Source: Clostridia bacterium (GTDB taxonomy: Bacteria > Bacillota > Clostridia > Oscillospirales > Oscillospiraceae). From it: DNA of 64,000 bases. Of the stretch, positions 8,999 through 18,743 are shown one piece after another. Position numbers and translations under genes: made by a program. The notes beneath the pieces were generated by a model. It was not told where the DNA came from and searched no databases. It saw only the letters and a program-made list of their open reading frames with translations. The stretch spans positions 95-64,094 of the forward strand of contig SAAS01000009.1 of assembly GCA_009929315.1 (NCBI GenBank), read 5' to 3'. Position 1 is the stretch's first letter. Each line of letters opens with the position of its first letter.

Positions 8999-10051
8999 TC
9001 ATTGTAAAGTTATTGACTTGCGCGCGTCCGATTCAAACATTCGGGTCAGAATAGCGGCAACTTCGCTTCTTTTAATGTTGTTATTCGGGTAAAAAGTCCC
9101 GTAAGCGTCCGAGCCTGTCAGGATTCCGGCTCGATAAAAGGTATAAACCTGGGTCGCGTTTGTCGCCGTAATCTTAAGGTCAGGAATCTTATTGTCGTTA
9201 ACGGTGTTCTTCTGCGTATATTCGGAGCTGGGCAGAGCCGCGTAGAAGATCGCAACAAATTCGCTTCTGGAGATTTTTAGGTCGTAATTGGAATAGGTTT
9301 TTGTAACAATGCTGTTCGCGGTTGCGTAATCAAGATATGATTTGTACCAGAGAGTTGCATCATTTGTCAAGCTCACGCTTCCGCTTTGGTAAAGCTGGTG
9401 CATACAGGCCGCGAGTTTAATCGCTTCAGCAATTGAGAGATAATCATCGGGCGCGTATATCGCCGCGCTTCTTCCGTTAATCAAACCTTTTTGCACGGCA
9501 TAGCAGACATCGCTGTAAAACCACTTGTCCTCAGTCACGTCAGAAAAAGTCGGAGCCGTGCCGCCCGAAACAGTTACACTGCCGAAGACCGAGATTTTGG
9601 CGGCTGTAACCACTGAGACGGCAGCGCTCGTTGCTTCCGCCGCAAGATAGCGATGCCCCGCGGTAAGCGTTGCGCCCAGGGCCACAACGGTGCCGTCCGT
9701 AAGGTCAAGAACCGTCCCGGAATTTGAAACGAGCTTAACCGAGCCGAACATTAGCACAAACCCTGAGCCCGCGGAAAGAGAGATTGCGCCGCCCGGCATA
9801 GCCGTTACGGAGCTGACGCCGCTGCCTTTGGTTTGAGCCGCCTGACTGAGCTTATATTTAAGTGCAGTCATTGAGTCGGTAAGCGCTTGGAGCGGGTCGG
9901 TCAGCACAAGACCCGGATAGGTATTATCAATATAACTTTTTGAAATCAGCGGGTCATCGGCGCCTCCTGCGGAAGCCGCAAAAGCCGACGAGGACGAAAG
10001 AAATATAAAAAGAAATGACAGAAAGAACGATATTAAGCGTTTTTTAGTCAC
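8999..10051 (-). CDS. secreted S-layer-homology (SLH) domain protein
   Basis: Signal peptide KKRLISFFLSFLFIFLSSSSAFA and C-terminal SLH-like repeats (FSDV..WFYSDV.Y....GL.NG). Start set to the GTG at 10051 behind GGAGG. The ORF-track start is a TTG at 10063. Confidence 0.7.
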   Translation of the reverse strand: MTKKRLISFFLSFLFIFLSSSSAFAASAGGADDPLISKSYIDNTYPGLVLTDPLQALTDSMTALKYKLSQAAQTKGSGVSSVTAMPGGAISLSAGSGFVLMFGSVKLVSNSGTVLDLTDGTVVALGATLTAGHRYLAAEATSAAVSVVTAAKISVFGSVTVSGGTAPTFSDVTEDKWFYSDVCYAVQKGLINGRSAAIYAPDDYLSIAEAIKLAACMHQLYQSGSVSLTNDATLWYKSYLDYATANSIVTKTYSNYDLKISRSEFVAIFYAALPSSEYTQKNTVNDNKIPDLKITATNATQVYTFYRAGILTGSDAYGTFYPNNNIKRSEVAAILTRMFESDARKSITLQ

Positions 10052-10074
10052 AATAGCCTCCAATGGTAGTTGCT

Positions 10075-10725
10075 CTATTTAATGCCGTCTGAAGATTCCG
10101 ACTCTGCAATATAATAACCGAGAGCAAGCAAACTATCCGAAAAGTGAATGTTCTCAACTCGAACACCGGGTTTATCAAGCTCAAGCTCGATATTGGTGAA
10201 GTTCCAAATACCTCTGACGCCGCAGTCCGCAACAGTTTCGGCCATATTTCTGGCTATACTGCGCGGAACAGTGAGCACAACAATATCTGTCGGATTTCTC
10301 TTGAGCCAATCCGACAACAGCGCACTGTCATAAACGGGGATGCCCGAAATGCTGGTCCCGATAATGTCGGCGCTTGTGTCAAAAGCCGCGACAAGATTGA
10401 AGCCCTGCTCCTTAAAGCCAAAGTTTGCAATCAACGCATGACCCAGATTGCCGACGCCGACAATTACGACTGTGAAGCCTTTATGCATCCCCAAGATTCT
10501 TGCAACCTGTTCTCTTAAATCGGTAACACGATAGCCGTAACCCTGCTGACCAAATTCACCGAAACAGCTGAAATCCTGCCTTATTTGCGAGGGTGTCAGC
10601 CCCATTTGTTTCCCGAGCTCACCTGAGGAAATGCGGTCAACCTCATGATATATCAAATCATCAAGCTTCCGAAGATACATAGGCAAACGCCTTATTACAT
10701 TGTTAGAAATACGCTCTTTTTTCAC
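10075..10725 (-). CDS. rex: redox-sensing transcriptional repressor Rex
   Basis: N-terminal winged-helix RRLPMYLR, SS.ELG...G....QIRQD, Rossmann motif VGVGNLG. Confidence 0.9.
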   Translation of the reverse strand: MKKERISNNVIRRLPMYLRKLDDLIYHEVDRISSGELGKQMGLTPSQIRQDFSCFGEFGQQGYGYRVTDLREQVARILGMHKGFTVVIVGVGNLGHALIANFGFKEQGFNLVAAFDTSADIIGTSISGIPVYDSALLSDWLKRNPTDIVVLTVPRSIARNMAETVADCGVRGIWNFTNIELELDKPGVRVENIHFSDSLLALGYYIAESESSDGIK

Positions 10726-11019
10726 AAATTGACCCCCTGATGAAGAGATTCAGTTTCAAATTTTGCTGAGGAAGGTGCACTATCGGTATACCACAGGCGC
10801 GAAGCGCCGCTTCGGTATATTTGAATAATGCAGATGTTCATTTGAAACATTATAACATCAACTAAATAAACATTCAAGAACAACACAACCATAAATACGG
10901 AAGAAGGAATTATTTGTAAGAAAAATGCAAATCTTATGCTAAGGCGCAAATATTGACAATTATTTCAATGAGTATATAATAATTCCACTAGAACGGTTAG
11001 GAAAGGATATGTATTTTCT

Positions 11020-11856
11020 ATGAGCGAAAACTTAAACGGCGGCTCTCAGGAGCAGGAAATGCCGAAAATCACAATTAAGAGGGCAAAGGGCTATCAGGAA
11101 ACCGAGGCTCCTCACGAGCTTTCCAGAATTAAAAAAGTTATAGGTGTTGTAAGCGGAAAAGGCGGTGTCGGTAAGTCTTTAGTGACATCGATTCTCGCTG
11201 TTACCATGAACGCTCTGGGCTATAAATCGGCCATTATGGATGCGGATATAACAGGACCCTCAATCCCCCGCGCTTTCGGCGTTTCGGGACAACCCGAAGC
11301 GGATGAGGTCGGAATGTACCCGATAACAAGCAAAACAGGCATTGACCTTATGTCCATTAACTTCCTTTTGCCGAACGAAACTGACCCGGTTATCTGGCGC
11401 GGTCCCGTTATCGCAGGCGCTGTTAAGCAGTTTTGGACAGATGTAATTTGGCAGAACGAAGAATTTATGTTTATCGATATGCCTCCAGGAACGGGCGATG
11501 TTGCTCTGACTGTTTTCCAATCAATTCCCGTAAACGGAATCATAGTTGTAACAACTCCGCAGGAGCTTGTCGGCATGATAGTCGAAAAGGCCGTTAAGAT
11601 GGCAGAAAAGATGAATATTCCCGTTTTAGGTCTCGTTGAAAACATGAGCTACACAGTTTGTCCGCACTGCGGTGAAAAATTCTCCGTTTTCGGTGACAGT
11701 CACATTGACGAAATCGCAGAGAAATTCGGTGTTAAAACGGTTTGCAAGCTGCCCTTCGATTCGGAGCTTGCAGAGCTTACGGATAAGGGCGAAATTGAGT
11801 CATATAAAAAGGATAGCCTCCACGCTATCGCAAAAATGCTGATGTTTCTGAAATAG
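11020..11856 (+). CDS. Mrp/NBP35 family Fe-S cluster carrier ATPase
   Basis: Deviant Walker A SGKGGVGKS and a C-terminal CPHCG motif. Confidence 0.85.
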   Translation: MSENLNGGSQEQEMPKITIKRAKGYQETEAPHELSRIKKVIGVVSGKGGVGKSLVTSILAVTMNALGYKSAIMDADITGPSIPRAFGVSGQPEADEVGMYPITSKTGIDLMSINFLLPNETDPVIWRGPVIAGAVKQFWTDVIWQNEEFMFIDMPPGTGDVALTVFQSIPVNGIIVVTTPQELVGMIVEKAVKMAEKMNIPVLGLVENMSYTVCPHCGEKFSVFGDSHIDEIAEKFGVKTVCKLPFDSELAELTDKGEIESYKKDSLHAIAKMLMFLK

Positions 11857-11914
11857 CAGTTAATAATTAAAAAAGAACAGGTTTCGCGTATTGCGGAGCC
11901 TGTTCTTTATCTTG

Positions 11915-12562
11915 TTAAAATAATTGGTAATCTTGCCTGTAATCCTCAATAAAATAATCGGCGGCCGCCTTTATATCAGCGGCAACATCGGTTGTTGATG
12001 AATCAAAGACCCCAACAACGGTAAAGCCGGCTTCCTTCGCTGTTTTAACCGCGTGAAAAGCGTCCTCAAAAACAAAGGTTTCCTCCTTGGGTGTTCCCAA
12101 ATGCTCAAGAGCTCTTTCGTAAATCAGTGGGCTTTCTTTGCCGGCGCCAACAATTCTGCATGTAAAAATCTCTGAAAAATAGTGGAGCAGACCGTTTTTC
12201 TCCAAAACCTTCTTCACAAGGTCATAATCCGTCGCAGTGGCAACGCACATCCTGACGTCTTGCGACTTAAGACGTTTTAAAAGCAGTTCAACGCCCTTTT
12301 TGGGGAAAACCTCATCATGATAAATCGGCTCGAGAAGCGAGTAAATACCGCTGTAAATCTCTGCAACAGTTTTCTTGAGACCGTATTCGCTTATAAAAAA
12401 TTCAGCAGTCTGCCTCATAGTCATTGATTTAACGCGCTGCCAGACGTTTTCCTTCGGGTCAATGCCGCAGGAATTGAGATACCTGTTCCCAATCTCCTCC
12501 CAAACCCACATAGAATCCGTCAGAGTGCCGTCCATATCAAAAATCGCGCCGGAAATCTTCAT
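11915..12562 (-). CDS. HAD family hydrolase (beta-phosphoglucomutase/phosphatase-like)
   Basis: AIFDMDGTLTDS motif I and the overall HAD-IA layout. Confidence 0.8.
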   Translation of the reverse strand: MKISGAIFDMDGTLTDSMWVWEEIGNRYLNSCGIDPKENVWQRVKSMTMRQTAEFFISEYGLKKTVAEIYSGIYSLLEPIYHDEVFPKKGVELLLKRLKSQDVRMCVATATDYDLVKKVLEKNGLLHYFSEIFTCRIVGAGKESPLIYERALEHLGTPKEETFVFEDAFHAVKTAKEAGFTVVGVFDSSTTDVAADIKAAADYFIEDYRQDYQLF

Positions 12563-12600
12563 TGTGTGCCCTTTTCTGTCTGATAAATATTTGCGGGCAA

Positions 12601-13248
12601 CTAAATGCCCAGCATAGCTTCAAAATCGAAGGCCTCATAGCTCCACATCACGGCAAGAAGTCCGTTTTTAACGGATACTTCGGAGGGAGCGCCTATAAAC
12701 TCGTTGCTCACTCCGAGAGGAAAATCGCAACTCAGCGTGTGATTCTTCAGCGGGTATTTAAGACCCGTTAAATCCACGCCCTCCGCCCTGTCACCTACAC
12801 AAAAAACGGAAATTACGCCCGTGGCTTGCGCGGGAAAAGCAAGGCTGCTGTTTTTAATAACCGTAATTACGCTTCCTCGCCCGATAAGATAGCCTTTCGC
12901 TCCGCGGTTCGCGATATATGCCAGAGTTTGTATATTGGCAAATTCGTGGTCAGGTCTGCCGCCTGTTCCGCCATAAATTACGATATGCTTTGCCCTTCGT
13001 GAGAGCGCCTCGTTTGCGGCAAGCAGCATGTCTGTTTCGTTCTTTTCGGGATTGTGCACAACAACATTGACACCGAGCGGAATCTTCCCCAGCGAATCAA
13101 AATCGCCGACTGTCAAATCCGGCTCAATACCGACAGCTCTTAAATAATTAAGTCCTGCATCGGCGGCAATCACAAAGGCATTGCTTGGAATAACGGGTTT
13201 TGGTCCGCCCATCTCCCCTGCCCCGAATATATAAATAACATCCATCAT
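12601..13248 (-). CDS. thiN: thiamine pyrophosphokinase
   Basis: GDFDS, KNETDM, GGTGGRPDH and LTGLKYPL motifs match the ThiN/TPK pattern. The start overlaps the upstream stop (ATGA). Confidence 0.8.
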   Translation of the reverse strand: MMDVIYIFGAGEMGGPKPVIPSNAFVIAADAGLNYLRAVGIEPDLTVGDFDSLGKIPLGVNVVVHNPEKNETDMLLAANEALSRRAKHIVIYGGTGGRPDHEFANIQTLAYIANRGAKGYLIGRGSVITVIKNSSLAFPAQATGVISVFCVGDRAEGVDLTGLKYPLKNHTLSCDFPLGVSNEFIGAPSEVSVKNGLLAVMWSYEAFDFEAMLGI

Positions 13249-13985
13249 TTCAATAACAGTTCTTCCGTTTGTTTAAGCTGCTCAAGGGTGTTCACACCGA
13301 TAATTTCACAGCCGAGTTCACGGAAGCAAACGCCGACTTTATGCCCGTGCTTTTGAAGAAGAAGCGGCGCGTCAGTCAGGTAGTATTCGCCCTGTGCGTT
13401 ATCGCTTTTCAGCTCCGACAAAACGCCGCGAAGCAACTCGGCGTTGAATACATAAACGCCGCTGTTGAGCTCGCGAATTTTTTTCTGCTCGGCGGTCGCG
13501 TCCTTTTCTTCTACCATTCCGACAAAATTACCGTTTCCGTCACGTAGGATTCGCCCGTAGGGCAGGTCAAGATCTGAACTGCCGCTTAAAATTGTACAGT
13601 CATTGTCTGACGCCTTGTGCGCCGCTATGAGAGCAAGATAGGTTTCGCGCTTTATAAGAGGCATATCTCCGCAACAGATAAGCAGAGAGCCGCTATATCC
13701 CTCAAGCTTCGAAAAAGCCGCCATAACCGCATGACCTGTTCCGAGCTGCTGTGTCTGCTCGGCGAAAACGTAGTTCGGAAAAGCTTCCATAACGGATTCC
13801 TTCTGATAACCCACTACAATTACGCAGTCCTTCGCGGGGATGAAATCGAGCGCTGTCAGCACATGACCGAGTAGCGGTTTTCCCGCGGCAAGTCTCATAA
13901 CCTTTGGAAGAGTACTGCCCTCGGTCTGGAGCCTTGTCCCCTTTCCCGCGGCGAGAATAACCGCCTTAATATTGGTGTTTTCCAT
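13245..13985 (-). CDS. sugar-phosphate nucleotidyltransferase (GlmU N-terminal-domain-like, no acetyltransferase domain)
   Basis: AVILAAGKGTRL, QLGTGHAV and YYLTD motifs. At 246 aa it covers only the pyrophosphorylase domain. Confidence 0.75.
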   Translation of the reverse strand: MENTNIKAVILAAGKGTRLQTEGSTLPKVMRLAAGKPLLGHVLTALDFIPAKDCVIVVGYQKESVMEAFPNYVFAEQTQQLGTGHAVMAAFSKLEGYSGSLLICCGDMPLIKRETYLALIAAHKASDNDCTILSGSSDLDLPYGRILRDGNGNFVGMVEEKDATAEQKKIRELNSGVYVFNAELLRGVLSELKSDNAQGEYYLTDAPLLLQKHGHKVGVCFRELGCEIIGVNTLEQLKQTEELLLK

Positions 13986-14023
13986 TTGTAACCTCCGAAA
14001 TATTGCTCATAAAGAGGATATTG

Positions 14024-15097
14024 CTATATGTAGGTTTCAATAAGTGGCAGTAATTTGACGCTTTCCGCAGAGGCGCGCGAAAGAATATAATGAAGAAAAT
14101 CCTCTGAATCATCATTTACAAATATCGAAATCGAAGTAAAGCCTTCGAGAGTTTCAAACTCCGAACTGACGGAATCGGCATTTTTTGCGGTTTGCGGCAC
14201 TTGAAACTCGGGCTTAAAATACGCGTAGCCATTGTTTTCGGCATAATCGGAGCAGCTTGCCGCAATACCCGCGGAGGAAGTAATCATAACGGGTCTTTGC
14301 TGCGCCGCTTCAAAAATAATTTCAGAGGCGGCTTCGCATTCGGTCTCGGGAGCAGCGGTGCAGTAAATTCCTAAGCTGTGCCCCGAGCCGTAGATTCTTC
14401 TTACAGTGTCGGGTGAAGCCTTCGCCTCATCGGCGGTAATAAAAAAGCAAACATTTGCGGAGTAATTATCGAGAATATCAAGCATATTTTCGCTTGGCAG
14501 CCCAATAAAACAGAGAGATGCGCTTTTCGCGTTTGTTTCGTTTCCCGTGGGAGGTGGTACGGAAGGCGTCGGTGAAGCGGTGACATTGCCGAAATACTCG
14601 TCGTATCTCGTTTTCATAAGTGTGGTCGCCGCATCAAGAAACTGAGAATCCGACAAAACCGCTTTGCTGTTTTTCAGTCTTACGACATCGCCGTATCCGT
14701 TGCCGTTAATATAGGAATAGCTCAGCCCGAAATAGGAACAAACCCATGCCACGGGAACATAAACTTGACCGTATTTAAAGGTTGCAGATACTGACTGCGT
14801 GTTGTTCGCGCTGTCATAACTGTTTCCCGAAACAAGGTTAAAGAATATTTCCTTATTTCCGTTATAGAGGACAGCGGTAGACTCCGATTCAAAATAGTTG
14901 AAATATACGCCGAAGGTTGAAAATACTTTGGCAGGGATGTAGGCGGTGCCGCTTACAAAGGCGGCCATCGAGCCCAGATCAAGCAAATAGTCGTTTGTTG
15001 CGGTAAAGCAAAGACCTGAGCTGTCCGCCGAGGCAGGCTGAACAGAAGCTGCAATAAGCACAGCTATCAGTATAAGCGCTGTTATTCTTCGCTTCAT
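14024..15097 (-). CDS. exported protein, possible divergent polysaccharide-deacetylase-type domain
   Basis: Signal peptide MKRRITALILIAVLIAASVQPASA. The domain assignment is weak (FFITADE...GHSLGIY). Confidence 0.45.
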   Translation of the reverse strand: MKRRITALILIAVLIAASVQPASADSSGLCFTATNDYLLDLGSMAAFVSGTAYIPAKVFSTFGVYFNYFESESTAVLYNGNKEIFFNLVSGNSYDSANNTQSVSATFKYGQVYVPVAWVCSYFGLSYSYINGNGYGDVVRLKNSKAVLSDSQFLDAATTLMKTRYDEYFGNVTASPTPSVPPPTGNETNAKSASLCFIGLPSENMLDILDNYSANVCFFITADEAKASPDTVRRIYGSGHSLGIYCTAAPETECEAASEIIFEAAQQRPVMITSSAGIAASCSDYAENNGYAYFKPEFQVPQTAKNADSVSSEFETLEGFTSISIFVNDDSEDFLHYILSRASAESVKLLPLIETYI

Positions 15098-15273
15098 AAT
15101 TGTCCCCCCAACAAACAGGTGAAAGATAAAAAATCGAGCAGGATCAGCCGATAATATCGATGATAGACCGAGTCGAAATAAATGCTATAACATTCTAACA
15201 CAAGTTGGCTGAGCAGGCAAGCAAACAGCTATCGAAAATAGAAATATTAGCTCCAAAGAGAGGGAATTTTGTG

Positions 15274-15302
15274 TTGACAAAGTTAAATTTACATTGTACA
15301 AT
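15274..15302 (+). promoter_or_regulatory. sigma-A-type promoter of the tRNA pair
   Basis: TTGACA at 15274-15279, 17-nt spacer, TG-extended TACAAT at 15297-15302, 15 nt before the tRNA 5' end. Confidence 0.6.
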
Positions 15303-15316
15303 AAGCAAGCGCTTGT

Positions 15317-15393
15317 GGCCCAGTAGTTCAGTTGGTTAGAACGCCAGCCTGTCACGCTGGAGGTCGACGGTTCGAGCCCGTTCTGGGTCGCCA
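15317..15393 (+). tRNA. tRNA-Asp (anticodon GTC)
   Basis: Hand-folded cloverleaf: acceptor GGCCCAG/CTGGGTC, anticodon arm CCAGC-CTGTCAC-GCTGG, T-arm GACGG-TTCGAGC-CCGTT, encoded CCA. Confidence 0.9.
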
Positions 15394-15398
15394 TATAT

Positions 15399-15474
15399 GC
15401 ATCTATAGCTCAGTCGGCAGAGCGCGTCCTTGGTAAGGACGAGGTCTCCAGTTCGAATCTGGATAGATGCTCCA
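15399..15474 (+). tRNA. tRNA-Thr (anticodon GGT)
   Basis: Acceptor GCATCTA/TAGATGC, anticodon arm CGTCC-TTGGTAA-GGACG, T-loop TTCGAAT, encoded CCA. Confidence 0.9.
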
Positions 15475-15487
15475 TATTTTTTTTGCC

Positions 15488-15528
15488 GAATACTGACTTT
15501 TCTTTTGAAAAGTCAGTATTCTTTTTTT
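15488..15528 (+). terminator. rho-independent terminator after the tRNA genes
   Basis: Perfect 15-bp stem GAATACTGACTTTTC / GAAAAGTCAGTATTC followed by T7. Confidence 0.85.
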
Positions 15529-15816
15529 ATTTCTTAGAATTTGGCATTAGCTATTTGCAAATATCATTTGCAATCTGCAACTGCACAAAATGAATAACGG
15601 ACTATGATTAAATAGATTTTTGAAACATACGTTAAAACATATAGCAGACATTGAGTAAATTGAAACAATAATAATTATATTATATAACTATATACAAGAT
15701 GGCATATATATTGCTATTATATTTATAAGCCCGAGCTTGAGCGGCGCTACCGAGATTATGGAAGGCGGTTTAATATTGCTCGGAATCCGGCCAAAATTTA
15801 AAATGGAGGTATTAAA

Positions 15817-17046
15817 ATGGCAACGAAAGTCATGAAAGGTCTGAAAGTAGTAGACATGTCCATTATGATTGCGGGACCCACAGCCTCACGAACACTCGGC
15901 GACTGGGGCGCGGACGTAATCAAGATTGAGAATTACAACGGCGATACCCTGCGTCCGCTCGGAATGAATGTTCTCTCGCCCATCGATGATGATGAAAATC
16001 CCACCTTCCATATTGCAAACGCAAATAAGCGCCTGATTCCGGTTAACATCAAGACCGCGGCCGGACAGGAAATCGTACATAAACTGGTTTCCGAGGCTGA
16101 CGTTTTCATCACAAGCCTCCGTCAGGAAGCCCTTAAAAAAGTCGGACTTGACTATGATACACTAAGCCAGAAATACCCAAGGCTTGTTTACGCGCACGTT
16201 CTGGGTTACGGCGAGACGGGACCTCTGAAGGACCGCGCTGCCTTCGATTACTCCACTTATTTTGCACGCAGCGGCTTTATAACAATGATTCCGGACAGAG
16301 AAGGTCCCCCTCCCTTCAACGTACCGGCCTTCGGCGACAATCAGCTGGCTTTGGCGCTGCTGTCAGGCATAAACCTTGCCCTTTATAACAGGGAGAAGAC
16401 GGGCAAGGGCGACTATGTACATACAAGCCTCTACCATGTGGGTATTTATGCTCTGGGCTTTGTTCATGCGGCGGATTTCTATTCGCCGGGAATAATTCCC
16501 GGAACTCATTCGGACCCGCAATCCCCGCTGATTACCGTATATAAGTGTTCGGACGGCGAGTGGTTCTATCTAGCCTCCCCCGACTATATAACCTACTTCC
16601 CGAGGGTGTGCGATGTGCTTGGCTTGCATGAGTTGGGACAAAACGAGGAATACAACGACATAATGGGAATGCTCATGCACAAATTGGAAATCAAGGAGAT
16701 GCTGCAGGCAGAGCTAATTAAGAAGACTTCCTACGAGTGGGCGGAGATATTCGCGGCGGCCAGCATACCGGCGGAGAGAATCTTCACGTCTAAGGACGTT
16801 CGGGATGACCCTCAGGTTCATGCCAATGAGTTTATGAAGATTGTCACACACGGAAACGGCAACAAGAGCCCGATGGCTACAACCCCCACCAGACTCAGGA
16901 GCATGGGCAACGGCTTTGACTATGAATTCCTACCCGGCGGCATAGGTGCGGAGGCCAAGGACATTCTGACGGAACTCGGTTACACCGAAGAAGAGATGAA
17001 GAAGCTTAAAGATGAGGGTGTAATTAACTTCGGAAATTTCGCCTGA
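15817..17046 (+). CDS. CaiB/BaiF family (type III) CoA-transferase
   Basis: LKVVDMS..IAGP......LGDWGADVIKIE N-terminal signature. SD GGAGG. Confidence 0.85.
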   Translation: MATKVMKGLKVVDMSIMIAGPTASRTLGDWGADVIKIENYNGDTLRPLGMNVLSPIDDDENPTFHIANANKRLIPVNIKTAAGQEIVHKLVSEADVFITSLRQEALKKVGLDYDTLSQKYPRLVYAHVLGYGETGPLKDRAAFDYSTYFARSGFITMIPDREGPPPFNVPAFGDNQLALALLSGINLALYNREKTGKGDYVHTSLYHVGIYALGFVHAADFYSPGIIPGTHSDPQSPLITVYKCSDGEWFYLASPDYITYFPRVCDVLGLHELGQNEEYNDIMGMLMHKLEIKEMLQAELIKKTSYEWAEIFAAASIPAERIFTSKDVRDDPQVHANEFMKIVTHGNGNKSPMATTPTRLRSMGNGFDYEFLPGGIGAEAKDILTELGYTEEEMKKLKDEGVINFGNFA

Positions 17047-17111
17047 TTGATATTTAAACAGAAAACGCGCGTTATCCAAAATACAAAACAATATGAGGAG
17101 GCTATTATCGC

Positions 17112-17855
17112 ATGGGAAAATTGGATGGTAAAATCGCGGTTGTAACAGGCGGCGCCAAGGGAATCGGTGCGGCGACAGTTAAGCGTTTTGTAGAGGACGG
17201 GGCTCTGGTCATTTCTCTGGACATCAATCTTGAACAAGTCGAGGCGGCGGTAAAGGAAGTCGATCCTTCGGGCAAACTGGCCGTCGCAATGAAATGCAAT
17301 GTCGGCGACGAAGCTGATGTAAACGCTGTTTTCGGCAGCATTATTGAGAAGTACGGCAAAGTGGATATTCTCGTTAATAACGCAGGCATAACAAGGGACG
17401 CAATGCTCCATAAAATGTCGGACGATCAGTGGAACTCCGTTATTAACGTCAATCTCAACAGTCTGTTTTATTGCTGCAAAGCGGTTCTGCCCAAGATGCG
17501 CGAGCAGGAATACGGGAAAATAATTAACATCAGTTCTTCCTCCGCCTGGGGTAACGCGGGGCAAACGAATTACAGCGCTTCAAAGGGCGCCGTAATCGGG
17601 TTCACAAGAAGCCTTGCAAAGGAGTCGGGGCGAAAAAATATTCATGTCAACTGCATTGCGCCTGCCATGATTGACACCGACATGACAAAAGCGATGCCTG
17701 ACGATGTCGCCGATATGGCGGTCATGCTCACTCCTCTTTTCAGAAAGGGCCAGCCCTCGGAGGTTGCGGCTGTCGCTTCCTTCCTCGCCTCGGACGATTC
17801 GAGCTTCATTACGGGCGAGTGCATCCAAACAGGCGGCGGCTTTATCATGGCATAA
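17112..17855 (+). CDS. SDR family oxidoreductase (FabG-like)
   Basis: TGGAKGIG cofactor motif, NNAG, and the catalytic Y-x3-K (YSASK). Confidence 0.85.
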   Translation: MGKLDGKIAVVTGGAKGIGAATVKRFVEDGALVISLDINLEQVEAAVKEVDPSGKLAVAMKCNVGDEADVNAVFGSIIEKYGKVDILVNNAGITRDAMLHKMSDDQWNSVINVNLNSLFYCCKAVLPKMREQEYGKIINISSSSAWGNAGQTNYSASKGAVIGFTRSLAKESGRKNIHVNCIAPAMIDTDMTKAMPDDVADMAVMLTPLFRKGQPSEVAAVASFLASDDSSFITGECIQTGGGFIMA

Positions 17856-17996
17856 TTCCGTTAATAAAAGCCCTGTAACCAAAATGGTTGCAGGGCTTTT
17901 TGCATTAATGAGGGTATATTTTATTTTGCCTTCCTACTGAATAAGCATATTGCAAATACCCGCCGAAAAGTGAGATAATATCTTGGGGTGATTAAG

Positions 17997-18578
17997 ATGT
18001 GCGGAAGATATTATATTCCCGAGGGGCACGAATTAGCCGATATAAACGCGATGCTGGCTCTGATAAAATCGAGCTATGTGGGAACGGCGGCGCTGGCGCA
18101 GATGAAGAGCGGCGAGATATTTCCGACGGATATTGTGCCGATAATCACACAGGAAGCGCCGAAGCTCATGCAGTGGGGCTTCGAGGGTTTGGGTGGCAAG
18201 GGCAAAATAATAAACGCGAGGCTTGAAACAGCCGCCGACAAAGCAATGTTTAGGAAAGCTTTTGCCTCCCAGCGCTGCCTTGTCCCCGCGGGATATTACT
18301 TTGAATGGAAAAAGGACGGCGCGAAAAAAGAAAAGTTCGCGATTAAGAAGTCCGAGCCCATCTACATGGCGGGGCTTTGGCATAAGGAAGCGAACGACGC
18401 CGTTCCCCTATTTGTAATTTTAACGCGCGAGGCGTCCCCCGAGCTCAAGTTTATTCATGACTGCATGCCGGTTATTTTGCCGAAGCAGGAGCGCGATAGC
18501 TGGCTCTCAGGCAAATCGGGCGCCATGCAACTCGCGGAGTGTTCGGAGGAGCACTTCACCTTTGAAAGCGTGGGATAA
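17997..18578 (+). CDS. SOS response-associated peptidase (SRAP/YedK family)
   Basis: Begins MCGRY. The family needs Cys2 as the N-terminal nucleophile, so the start is placed at the ATG at 17997 rather than the GTG at 17988. Confidence 0.85.
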   Translation: MCGRYYIPEGHELADINAMLALIKSSYVGTAALAQMKSGEIFPTDIVPIITQEAPKLMQWGFEGLGGKGKIINARLETAADKAMFRKAFASQRCLVPAGYYFEWKKDGAKKEKFAIKKSEPIYMAGLWHKEANDAVPLFVILTREASPELKFIHDCMPVILPKQERDSWLSGKSGAMQLAECSEEHFTFESVG

Positions 18579-18585
18579 AATAATT

Positions 18586-18617
18586 GGGAGAGGCAATCGT
18601 CTCTCCCTTTTCGTTTT
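18586..18617 (+). terminator. rho-independent terminator after the SRAP gene
   Basis: GGGAGAG-gcaatcgt-CTCTCCC followed by TTTTCGTTTT. Confidence 0.7.
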
Positions 18618-18681
18618 ATGAAAAATATCAATTGCAATACAAAATATGGCATATCAAATAGTGAAGTATACAAGATACATG

Positions 18682-18710
18682 TTGACGAATATTGTTGGGA
18701 GGGATAAAAT
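18682..18710 (+). promoter_or_regulatory. sigma-A-type promoter of the HEPN-like gene
   Basis: TTGACG at 18682-18687, 17-nt spacer, TAAAAT at 18705-18710. Confidence 0.5.
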
Positions 18711-18743
18711 AAAAGCAATAGTTGAGAATATAGAGGGCTGAAT

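Noticed and set aside
15541-15560. Sigma-54 promoter (TGGCAT...TTTGCA) downstream of the tRNA genes
   Set aside because: The GG and GC dinucleotides are 14 nt apart rather than the required 12, and no enhancer-binding-protein gene is nearby.
16980-17564. 194-aa minus-strand ORF across the CoA-transferase/SDR junction
   Set aside because: It is antisense to two motif-bearing genes and has no SD or recognisable motifs.
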